DNA from: Octopus sinensis
Lineage: Eukaryota
Reading direction: 5' to 3'
DNA: 64,000 nt
Assembly (NCBI RefSeq): GCF_006345805.1
Contig: NC_042997.1
Span: 9,982,001 to 10,046,000 of the forward strand
In this document: positions 1-10,277 of the stretch, one piece after another
Layout: the number at the start of each line of letters is the position of its first letter
Numbering within the stretch: the first letter of the stretch is position 1
Notes under the pieces: generated by a model
Seen by the model: the letters and a program-made list of their open reading frames with translations, nothing else
The model's database searches: none
What the model was told of the DNA's origin: nothing
Translations under genes and position numbers: made by a program

Positions 1-131
1 TGCGTGTTTTACGTAAATTATTTTCTCACCAATTACTGGTACGTGGTTATGATTCCCAAATTCTCCTTACAAAATGAACAAAGCTGAAGTGTTGTATCTG
101 CCCATCTATGTACGCGTGCGTATAAATATTA

Positions 132-1417
132 CAGGGTGGGGAAGCAAAATTTACAATATTTTGAGGCAGGGATTGAAAGACAGTGCACGACCAATTAGTT
201 TATTGAAAGTTATGAGAATTTATTTGCCACAAGAAATTTTACATAATAGAAAATGTTTTTTACTCTATGTGTCCTTCTTTCTCAATAACTGCCTTCACAT
301 GCTTCCTGAAACTTGCACAAGTGTTCCTCAAATATTCAGGAGACAAAGTCTCCCATTCTTCTTTAATAGTATCTTTAAGAGAGTCGACTTTGCTGTGTGA
401 TGTTCTATTGGTAGCATGTTCTAAAATGCCCCAAATAGCATCACCCAAAGGGTTTAGATCTGGGCTAGAAGGCGGCCATAAACATGATTCCAAAAAATTG
501 TTAAGTTATATTTGCAGAAATCTTGTATTTTTCTAGTTGTGTGGGCTGGAGCACCATCCTGTGTCCATAAATAATTACCATCTGGGTAGTTTGCTTTAAA
601 CCATGGCAATACCTGGTATCTCAGAGTCTTGCAGTAAGTATTAACATTGATCTTTTCATCAGCTCTGTAGAATTTTATAGGCATTTTCTTTCCATCGGAA
701 GCCACAACACCAAAAGCCATAACTTGAGCAGGATGTTTTGTTTTGAATGTTCCCTTAACCTCAGCTGTTGATTTTGTGATATATCTGTCATATTTGTGTT
801 TCAGAACAGCAGCGACAGTGAAGAGCTTTTCATCAGAAAAGATCTTTACAATGGCGAATTTTTCTTGAACCCTGTAATAATTTTCTTGCACCTTTCCAAT
901 CTCTTTTCCTTCATAGCTGTTGTCAACAAGTGCTTTGGTGTTCTTGTGTAAGATTTTAACCTTAAATCATATTTTACTGCATTTCTAACGGTCTTGTTAA
1001 CTACCTCAAGTTCAATTGCCATTTATCTCATGGATTTGGTTGGATCCTTCAGGATTTTGAATTTGAGAGCTTTAATAAAAGCTTTGGTACGTTTTTTGTT
1101 GATTCCTCCACGTCCAGACATCTTCGTAATGGTTTTGCTTATAGTCATTCTATTCTTTACTTTATAAACAGTCTTTATGGACACGCCAACTATTCTTGAA
1201 ATCTCCTTTGGTGTGACGAGTGCATTCAGCAAATCACACACTCTTTGGCATTTGCTTTCCTGATTACTCATATGGACAAAAGTTTCTGCAAAGGTAAGGA
1301 TAACAGCGTTAGGTATGATTATGACATCAGTATATGCTCGGTTTCAAAACAATTGACCTAGTGCCTGCTGAGAAAAAATAACTAGACGTTCATTGTAAAT
1401 TTTGCTTCCCCACCCTA
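132..1417 (-). mobile_element. Full-length, inactivated Tc1/mariner-superfamily transposon, maT-like (DD37D spacing)
   Basis: 26-bp TIRs cagggtggggaagcaaaatttacaat (132-157) and attgtaaattttgcttccccacccta (1392-1417, one terminal mismatch), flanked by TA at 130-131 and 1418-1419. Minus-strand ORF pieces give an HTH N-terminus (1023-1271), FSDEK...QDGAPAHT (454-891) and WPPSSPDLNPL (260-493). After correcting one 1-bp frameshift, 37 residues separate the second D from the third catalytic position. Confidence 0.95.
260..1271 (-). pseudogene. Frameshifted DD37D-type transposase
   Basis: Three ORF fragments in the correct order with frameshifts or stops between them. The third catalytic position reads G (PLGDAIW instead of the typical PLDY.IW). 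Confidence 0.9.
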
Positions 1418-1678
1418 TATCTTTTTGTTCTAATTTTTGAAAATTTTTTACCTAAAGAATAAGTTGAATTCTATTAGACAAATAGATCTCCACCTCTGGA
1501 ATTTTCATAGAAAAGAACAGTGATGAGTTATATAAATATTGAACTTGAGAAAAGTCTTGTATATTTTACTCTCCTGCTTACAGGTTATATTTGCGAAGTG
1601 TGTTTTTGACGGTTACGCTATTTGCTTCAATTCGCCAGTTTTTTTCTAAACTAACAGTTATGTATATACATCTGTCTG

Positions 1679-1709
<31 letters not shown>

Positions 1710-3127
1710 TGTGTGAGCGTGCGTGCGCCAGTATGCCAGTAGTGTGTGTATTGATATTTGTGTGCGCAAGTGTGTACGTCTATTTTTGTATATTTTATTT
1801 ATATTTATGTATAGATAAGTGTACGTATGTGCGTGCATACATATGTACGTACGTATATATAAGTGTATGTATTCGCTTAAATATTTGCATACATATGGAT
1901 GTATGTAAGTGCGGGGTGTGTCAGCAGTTTAGTGTGTGCGTGTGTTTCTTTTATACATATATAAAGTTATACGTTAACAGAACTGTTCTAATGGAATAAT
2001 AAAGTAATACGCATGTGTGTACCTTAAGAGAATGGTTATCAGTATCAGGCGAAGTATTTATAATTAAGTAGATGTGAGACTCAGATTAATAGATCTGAAA
2101 TTAGACACAATTCAGAATATTTATTTAATTATTTACTGACCCTAAGGTTAATTAAGTAAAGTAAACAGTAGGATCCGAAGTAACTACTGACGGTGTGCGT
2201 CGGGAATTAGTGAGAATAAACAGTTCAGAAGTTGAATAAATTAGTTTGCCGTCAGGAAGAGGAACATTCTAACCTTTTGCATAGAAATTTCTGAATGGTC
2301 CTACCCGAAACGTTAAAATCTTCTTTCTTACGGCACCAACTAATTTATTCTACTTTTGAACTATTAATTAAATAAACACTAGTATCTAGATAAGTTATAC
2401 TGTAGTCGACTTTATTTTATCTAACAATTCTCCTATTTAAAATTTTTTTTTTATTAAAATGCTTATGTTTTTGGTTTCACAAAAACGATTTTAGTACAGT
2501 AAAGCGAGTTTATACCTATGTTCTCATGCTTGTATGTCTTGGGTTTTATCAGAGCAATAGTTGTTGCCGTTGTGCTTACGGTTGGTTGGTTTTATTTTGA
2601 CATGATTGCAGAGCTATGATAGAAAATGTTCTAATCTTGACCATCTCCTCTTTTCAGTCACAATGTATTCAAGATATTTTATCCACTCATTTTAAGAGCT
2701 TAATAACTGATTTAGAGGAGATTTAGTTCTATTTCCACTAGGTCAAACGACCAATCAATGGTTCCTTTATTTATCAATTTTTATGATTTGGCTGCTCTCC
2801 CTATTGTTCACCTTTCAACTGTAAACTATGTGGGTGTAATGTGATTTATATCAATCATGAAAACGGGAGTAAGCAAAGTTGCGCTAAGTTTAAATTAATA
2901 AAAATGTGATGTATATTAAGTTTTCAAATTTTGTTCGTCATTCTAGACATTATATTGCATTCGGTAATAAATGAATTTTACTACAATTCAGCAAAGAGAT
3001 AAGAGAATTTGGACATAACATTTATAGGTAATAGGTGGGTCTAGAAGATGGTTTATGAATAAATAAAACAAAATAGTTCTGCACACATAGAGATGACGGT
3101 TTTAATTTCTTGAACACAAGAGTACAA

Positions 3128-3174
<47 letters not shown>

Positions 3175-3563
3175 CTTTTTTGCTCGACCCCTGAATAAAT
3201 TCAATATTGTTTTTAGAATGATCCAATAATGCCATTCTAAAATTTGATGGAATTTGCGTGGTAAACAATATTTACAATATTTTATTTTGCATTCGTGAAA
3301 CAATAAAATAATTGAACTGTATAAATCATTCTCTTTCCTCTCTCCCTATATATACATATGTATCTCTCCATAACTATGTTTCCATCTACCTATTTGTGTG
3401 TATGTGTGTGTGTGATACTGAAATATTTTGCGATGTATTTTGCATATCCTTTCCTATCATTGGAATCAGAATATATATAATTGAATGCTTGTCCTATTGT
3501 ATATCACTCAGCCATGACATAGCAGGAGACACTAAATGAATCAATATTATTAACAAAATCCTC

Positions 3564-4045
3564 TGCCGTTTCATTCTGAGTTTAAATTCCGCCAAAGTCG
3601 ACTTTGCCTTTCACCCTTTCGGGTTCGATTACATAAGTAGCAGTTACGCACTGGAGTCGATATAATCGACTTAATCCGTTTGTCTGTCTTTGTTTTTCCC
3701 CTCTGTATTTAGCCCCTTGTGAGTAGTAAAGAAATAGAAATAGGTATTTCGTCTGTCGCTACGTTCTGAGTTCAAATTCCGCCGAGGTCGACTTTGCCTT
3801 TCATCCTTTCGGAGTCGATGTAATCTACTCAATCCGTTTGCCTGTCCTTGTTTGTCCCCTCTGTGGACTGTAAAGAAATAAGAAACGAACGTTAGCACGC
3901 CGGGCGAAATGCTTAGCGGTACTTCGTCTGTCTTTACGTTCTTAGTTCAAATTCCGCCGAGGTCGACTTTGCCTTTCATCCCTTTCGCGGTCGATAAAGT
4001 AAGTACCAGTTACGTACTGGAGTCGATCTAATCGACTGCCCCGCA
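3564..4045 (+). mobile_element. SINE family 1, three head-to-tail partial units
   Basis: The core gagttcaaattccgccgaggtcgactttgcctttcatcctttcgg..gtcgat occurs three times (~3577, ~3768, ~3944). Units are joined via gtttgtcccctctgt...gtaaagaaata. Confidence 0.9.
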
Positions 4046-4160
4046 AAAAAAATTTTTCAAAGTATTTTCATATATGTAAATTTCTAGAATATTATTTCTC
4101 TTTACTACTCATATTTGTAAAGCGGAACAGAGCCCAATACTTTAAAAATAATACGAAAGA

Positions 4161-4220
<60 letters not shown>

Positions 4221-4223
<3 letters not shown>

Positions 4224-5098
4224 AAATTTAATGACATACTAGCAGTCAGAGACAATGCCTGGATGGCTCACGGAAGGGAAAACTATCCTAATTCCCAAAT
4301 CCAATGAAACGGCAAACGCACAAAATTATAAACCAGTAACTTGTCTCCCTACAAATTACAAAGCCATTCTGCAATAATATCGCAGAGAATGAGCAAGCTG
4401 CTGGAAGAATACAACCTGTTTCCAGAAGAGCAGAAGGGATGCTACAAGGGCTCATACGGCTGTAAAGATCAGCTAATGATCAATAAAACCACAACTGAAG
4501 GCAGCTGCAGAAAGAAGGGTCTAAGTATGGTTTGGTTTAATTACCGAAAGGCTTTTGATAGTATTCCCCACATATGGACCCTAGAAACACTAGCAATGGA
4601 CAAGGCAGGACCAATAATCATAAAATATATAACACATTCCATGAATAAATGGCAGACAGTGCTACAGCTCCTGACAACAGAGGGACTCTCATAAAAACCT
4701 AAGTCATCCCCATTAAAAGAGGAATATTCCAGGGAGACACGCTCTCTCCATTCCTTTTCTGATTGGCACTGACACCTCTATCTGACATGCTAAACAGAAC
4801 TTGATGTGGATACCACTGTTACCGCAAAACAATCAGCCATCTCTCATATATGGATGACCTAAAACTATACGCTACACATGATAAACATCTGGAAACATTA
4901 CTACAGAAAGTACAAAATAAACATGAAATTTAGCTTAGAAAAATGTGCCAAAGAAACCTTGAAAAGAGGAAAACTAGTTAAGATTAGCAACATCACACAA
5001 GATAAAATAAATGAAATAAGAGACTCAGACCAAAACCAGACATACAAATAGTTAGGAATCAATAAACTAGGTACGTACAACACACACAAATGAAAGTG
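4221..5098 (+). mobile_element. R4/Dong-clade non-LTR retrotransposon, internal RT fragment
   Basis: Decayed RT: WLTEGKTILIPKSNET, EEQKGCYKGSYGCKDQLMINK, YRKAFDSIPH, GIFQGDTLSP, SHLSYMDDLKLYA. Same family as 53281-55723. (AAT)n lies immediately 5' and (TTA)n immediately 3'. Confidence 0.9.
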
Positions 5099-5127
5099 AA
5101 TGAGTTAGATTATTTATTTATTTATTT

Positions 5128-5158
<31 letters not shown>

Positions 5159-5218
5159 TTCAGTGACCTGTATAACAACAACAACAACAACAACAACGGC
5201 AATAATAATAATAACAAC

Positions 5219-5400
5219 ATCGAAAAATGCCTTAGGAATGAGAACCCAGGTTCGAAATTTCCGCAAGATACATGATGAAGGCTGGAGGGTACATCAGCCA
5301 AAACGTTGTGTTGACAACAAACAAGATGAGGACAAATATCTGTCAAATATAAATAATGTAAATAACTTACATAATTTCTCATCTCTTAAATATAGAACTG
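5219..5400 (+). mobile_element. Short non-coding repeat with a degenerate hammerhead fold (probable PLE-derived non-autonomous element)
   Basis: gatac-ATGATGA-A-GGCTG(gagggtacat)CAGCC-AAAAC-GTT-gtgtt at ~5267-5312, preceded by an (AAC)n/(AAT)n tract. Confidence 0.5.
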
Positions 5401-5529
5401 TATCACAACTAAAGAGCCGGAAGAAATGCCGCTTAACATTTTCTACGACACGCTAATAATTCTGACTGCACCCTTCCTTTAATAATTCTTTCAAAAATCT
5501 TGGTACGAGATCGACTACTGTTAGGTTAG

Positions 5530-5660
5530 AAGTTAAGTTGATCACATCAACCCAGTACTGAACTGGTACATATTTTATCAACAGCGAAAGGATGAAAATC
5601 AAAGTTGACTTTGCTTGGATTTGAACTCAGAACGTAAAGAACAGAATGAAATACCATGAA
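5530..5660 (-). mobile_element. SINE family 1, degenerate copy
   Basis: aaaggatgaaaatcaaagttgactttgcttggatttgaactcagaacgtaaag matches the reverse complement of the family core. Confidence 0.75.
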
Positions 5661-5844
5661 ATTTCGACACTCTAAAGCTCCTGCCAAACATAGTGAAATA
5701 AAACTAGACCGTGTATTTCTAATTGACAAAGTGACCCTTACTCCAAGATGCAACCAGATATATAAGGCTACAAACTGATGTTTTATCTATCCAGGAATAA
5801 TGTAAGTCCAAAACGTCGGTGTGAATCGAACTTAGAACACAGGG

Positions 5845-6168
5845 GGGACAGACAAAGAGTTTAAGTTCATTACATCGACCCCAGTGCGTAATTGGTACTT
5901 ATTTAATCGACCACGAAAGGAGAATTTGAACTCAGAACGTAGCGACGGACGAAATACCTATTTCTTTACTACCCACAAGGGGCTAAACACAGAGAGGACA
6001 AACAAGGACAGACAAACGGATTACGTCGATTACATCGACTCCATCGACCCCGAAAGGATGAAAGGCAAAGTCGACTTTGGCGGAATTTTAACTCAGAACG
6101 TAACGGCAGACGAAAAACCGCTAAGCATTTCGCCCGGAATGCTAACGTTTCTGCCAGCTCGCCGCCTT
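5845..6168 (-). mobile_element. SINE family 1, head plus tandem partial units
   Basis: Two cores (aatttgaactcagaacgt ~5924 and ~6085). Intact head ...ttctgccagctcgccgcctt ends at ~6168. Confidence 0.9.
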
Positions 6169-7809
6169 AGAAAAAGTCTTGGAAATCTTTCTTCGCACAT
6201 AGTTGTTTTGATAATTATATTACACATGATTTTTTCTAGTTTTCTCCCTTAAATGCGTTAAATTTGTTAATACTAATTTAATTATTATGTTTTGTCGGAT
6301 AACGTCACTCAGTTATTTCCTTTTTAAATTATATTATTTTCCTATGCCAACAAGTGTGCAATCAATCAGACATATTTACGCCATGAATATTTTAAAACTA
6401 TTTCAGCAAGTACAGTGAAAACTATGCTTAGCTGTCGAGGTCAAAGCTATATCGAAACATGTCAGGGGTTCTTGTCTGAATATTAGAAAAATATTAATCA
6501 TTGATTAAAAAACATTGTTTCCTAAAGTTTCACCTTTCTTTTATTCGCCTTATTAAAACATTATTACTAATAATTTATACAAATATTATCTAATTTGGAA
6601 AGTTTGAAAACAAATAACATATCTAAACAATAATATATATTAAATTCCGCAATGTGATTTATTTAAATTCTATATCAGGTTCCGAACGTATAATAATTGG
6701 AAGCTTATTTCCAGTAAAGTAAGATGAACTAGAGAAACGTGCTTCACATCATAAAAACCAGTTAATAATTATAAAAATATTAGGACTAATATATGTGGTA
6801 GTGCCATTTTAATAAAACTTCTCACCTACTCATAATTCTCTGAGAATTACAAGCCTGAGATCAGATGGAACTATAAATTCAAAATTTTCAAACAATCCAC
6901 CTAATATATCTTGGCTGTAGCTAGATGTTCCCACTTTCGACGTCATCTTTTAACTGTTCGTACAAGTATAAACTTTTCCTAGGTTGCATCTGAGCATAGA
7001 GTCATTATTTCAAACAGAAGTTTACAAAGTTCGTTCTCATTTTACTAACAGAGGCAATTTACTTAATGAAGTTGAGACCCAGCATTAGAAACAGAGATTC
7101 TAAGTTCAGATCTAGGCTAGAGGTCTATTTTAATATATATCTTGTTTCATTTATATATAGTACACCAATATCTATCTTTCTCTATATATAAGTAAAAATT
7201 CAAGCAAAGATGATCCAATTATGGTTTAATTGAAATAGAGTGTAAGACAAAAGCAGAAGGACTGACATTAACAGTAAATATGTCCATTGACTGATGTAAA
7301 TTGTTACGTGTCTTTGTCATATGAATCATAGACGTAAATATCATTACAATTATTGCTTTATGAGCGGAGAAAAATCACTTAATTGTGTATTTGTTTTATT
7401 TGAAAGAAAGTAAAAAATGACCACTGTTTCATTAATTTCGACGGATTCATCGAGCACAGTTGTTACTTGCAGTTTTTTACAGCATTTAGCAACGAAATGT
7501 AAATTTCTGCCTATTGAGTTATTTATTTTTCGAACAAACTTCCGTTCTCAAGCGGAGCTATTTTTCTCAAATTTAGGTGACCTATGACTATTATGTATCG
7601 ACGCCAGACACGAAACGAAATACCGTCTGCTTCAATGAGGTCATGGTACATGATCTCTTAATTACAATTAAAGTAGTAGAGAAACCAAGGAAATCCATTA
7701 GATCATAAATAACTAGGACACCTCGATTCTAGGACCACATACACCAATAAGAATTGTATTGAGTGTAATAAGAATTCTAACATCAACTGCAAAACTAGGA
7801 ACGTCTATA

Positions 7810-8021
7810 TCCTTTCTACTATAAGCACAAGGCCTGAAATTTGGGGGAGGGAGATAATCGATTACATCGACCCCAGTGTTCAACCGGTTCTTATTTTATC
7901 GACCCCGAAAGGATGAAAGGCAAAGTCGACCTCGTCGGAATTTGAACTCAGAACATAGCGACGGGAGAAATGACACTAAGCATTTCACCCAGCGTGCTAA
8001 CGATTCTGCCAGTTCGCCGCC
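7810..8021 (-). mobile_element. SINE family 1 monomer at the end of the Gypsy remnant
   Basis: Complete head-core-tail: gcacaaggcctgaaatttggggg...catcgaccccag...ccccgaaaggatgaaaggcaaagtcgacctc...ctgccagttcgccgcc. Confidence 0.9.
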
Positions 8022-9629
8022 CTCAGGAACATCTACTTTTAGGACCTCTACTTTTGGCCAAGGTTCACTTTTTATCGTGGGTAATTTTGCCACGAACGGT
8101 AAATGCCTTTTTGGCTTAAATACAGGTATTGCACATTGTTTTACTGTAATTTTTGCCTTTGTTTTCGTGCAACAACCCAGTTCTTCCAAGCAAACATCTA
8201 GAAATAAAGGTTTCATTTTTTGTTTCAGTCCCTCAACCTCATTCGAACCTTTGACTAAACCGACTATATATTTGAATAGTTCCATCCACTCAGTGCCGAA
8301 TAGATAACTGAATCTTTTAACATATATATTTTTTCCATTTTCATTTGGTCACGAAATTTTACATTACACTCAAATTTACAGACATAATACAATCTATTGC
8401 CCTTAACACCATGTGCGACTTTTGTAGATTTAAGTAATTTTGGTTACCGACATACTTCCAAGTTTCTTCCTTTGCAACGGTAACACCACGTCTAGTGTCT
8501 AACTGCATTTTTATTCTTTTATTTTCGTAAATTCGTAAATTTTGGCATTTACGAATTTCCCCTCCGTTTCATTACCATTTTCTTTCGACTATACCTTGTT
8601 TATTCTTTTTTCTTTGTTTCAATATTTTGTCATCTTGGTTTTACAGTGCGTTTTTATATGACCAAATTTTCCATATCGAACGCATTCCGTCTTCTTAAAT
8701 GGACAGTCTTTTTTTCAGGTGTGGACCTTCGCATGCAAAATATGGGATTTTTCCTAATTCTTGTCTTGTTTTTACTGTGTTTTAGTACACACTTGATATT
8801 TATTCAGCCTATTTAGCACTTGTTTCGCTTGAGAGTAATTCTTTTGTTCAATTCTCTCTGTATCATGTCTCAAATTTACTATTCTCTCAAACTTCTGACA
8901 CTTGTTGTAACGTAGCAGCATGGTTTTGTACCAACTTAGCAAGAGTTCTTGTTCTTACTTCCGCGTCTTTCTCTGCAGTTAGACCCTGAGTAAATATCAG
9001 GTACTTGAACATATCTAGCGTTAATTCGTCAAGCTTGAACTTTACACATTCCCTGTTAACTCTACCACCATATGTGATGTAGTCCTCTTCGTCGTTCGTT
9101 TCTAGGTTCAAACATTTCCAACGTGTATTGAACAACGAGATTTTCTCGCTAAAAGTTTTACACAATATGTCTAGTGTATCTTTAAATTTTATGTCAGATT
9201 TTTTTCTCTCGAGAGGACGTAATTTCTTTAACGTTTATATTCTCCTGCTAAAAGATTTCTTAAGATTAAACGCGGTTTCATATCGTCGGTCCAATCTTTG
9301 CATTCTTTATTAAAGATGTGTTCGTACCTTCTGTAGTAAGCCTCGCAGGTAACTCCCTCGCCTGGTTCCTCTGTTATCGAATTCGCGACATAACCTGGCG
9401 AGAACATTTTTTCAGCATTTTCTGACGACTTACTCTTCATTAGCTGCTGCATTTGTTGCTGTAATAGAAATTGTTGCTGCCCTTGCAGTTGTAGCTTCTG
9501 CCTTTGTTACTGTGTTTGTAACTCGAGTAAACCGGTGAACAAACTTTCCATAATTTTACGATTTCTATTCCGTAGAATGCACGCAAAAGACTTTTGTGAG
9601 GTTCGTAACTTCTCGTAAGTTTGTTAATT

Positions 9630-9640
9630 CCTCGTCGCCA
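9630..9640 (-). promoter_or_regulatory. Primer-binding site complementary to the tRNA-Ser(GCU) 3' end
   Basis: Minus strand reads TGGCGACGAGG, the complement of ...CCTCGTCG-CCA, the usual 3' end of metazoan tRNA-Ser(GCU). Confidence 0.8.
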
Positions 9641-9641
9641 C

Positions 9642-9836
9642 TGTTGTGATCCTTAATGTTGGATTGTTATAACGCTAAAGCAGCATAGTTGTTATACAAG
9701 TAAGGTATGACTAATCTATGACCGTCTACTTCGTACTCACTCCCTATATTGACTGACGTTACCTATTTATAGTGACTAGCACATACCACTCGTCTCATGC
9801 GAGGGGTGTACCATTATTACAATTATCCCTATAACA
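9642..9836 (-). repeat. 5' LTR (~195 bp) of the Gypsy remnant
   Basis: On the minus strand it begins TGTTATAG and ends CACAACA, one base before the PBS. An internal TATAAATAG lies at ~9765-9773. The distal boundary is inferred because no second LTR is present. Confidence 0.65.
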
Positions 9837-10069
9837 AAAGTAAACAGCTTAGTGACGTTATCCAAAGAAACAGATTAAATAAGTTAGTATCGACAAATTT
9901 AATGCATATAATATTTAAAGATAAAGTAAAGAATAATCATGTGAAAAATAATTATAGAATAATTATGTGCAAATAAAGATTTCGTTAATGCCTAATATCA
10001 TTTCCATAAAAGATGTTACTCTTTTTTAATGTAAAATTATAAATTATTTTGCTTTTATATTGATTTCAA

Positions 10070-10277
10070 GTTATGGCACAAGACCAACAACTTTCGGCGG
10101 AGGGGATAAATCGATTACATTGATCCCAGTGTTCAACTGGTACTTATTAATATCGATCCCGAAAGGTTAAAAGGCAAAGTCCACCGCAGAGGAATTTGAA
10201 CTCAGAACGTAAAGACGAACAAAAAGCTGGTAAGCATTTTGCTCGGCGCCCTAACGATACTGCCATTTCACCGCCTT
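10070..10277 (-). mobile_element. SINE family 1 monomer
   Basis: gatcccgaaaggttaaaaggcaaagtccacc...aatttgaactcagaacgtaaagacg...ctaacgatactgcc. Confidence 0.85.

Larger units (their letters stand above)
8025..9836 (-). mobile_element. Ty3/Gypsy LTR retrotransposon remnant (5' LTR, PBS, gag, protease, start of pol)
   Basis: Gag ATG ~9551. Gag motifs TCEAYYRRYEHIF and SLFNTRWKCLNL...FTQGLTAEKDAEVR. Two decayed Cys/His knuckles (~8645-8740: ACEGPHLKKDC, CVRYGKFGHIKTHC). Protease-like QLDTR (~8490). Pre-RT ELGCCTKTKA...PVFKPKR. Contains stops and frameshifts; RT, RNase H and integrase are absent. Confidence 0.85.

Noticed and set aside
2285-2320. Hammerhead-like ctgaatg...gaaacgtt
   Set aside because: The core reads CUGAAUG rather than CUGANGA and stem II is not convincing. 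At best a very old relic.
6560-6700. NLIYII-like peptide on the minus strand resembling a PLE GIY-YIG start
   Set aside because: Single short motif in AT-rich DNA with no supporting neighbours.
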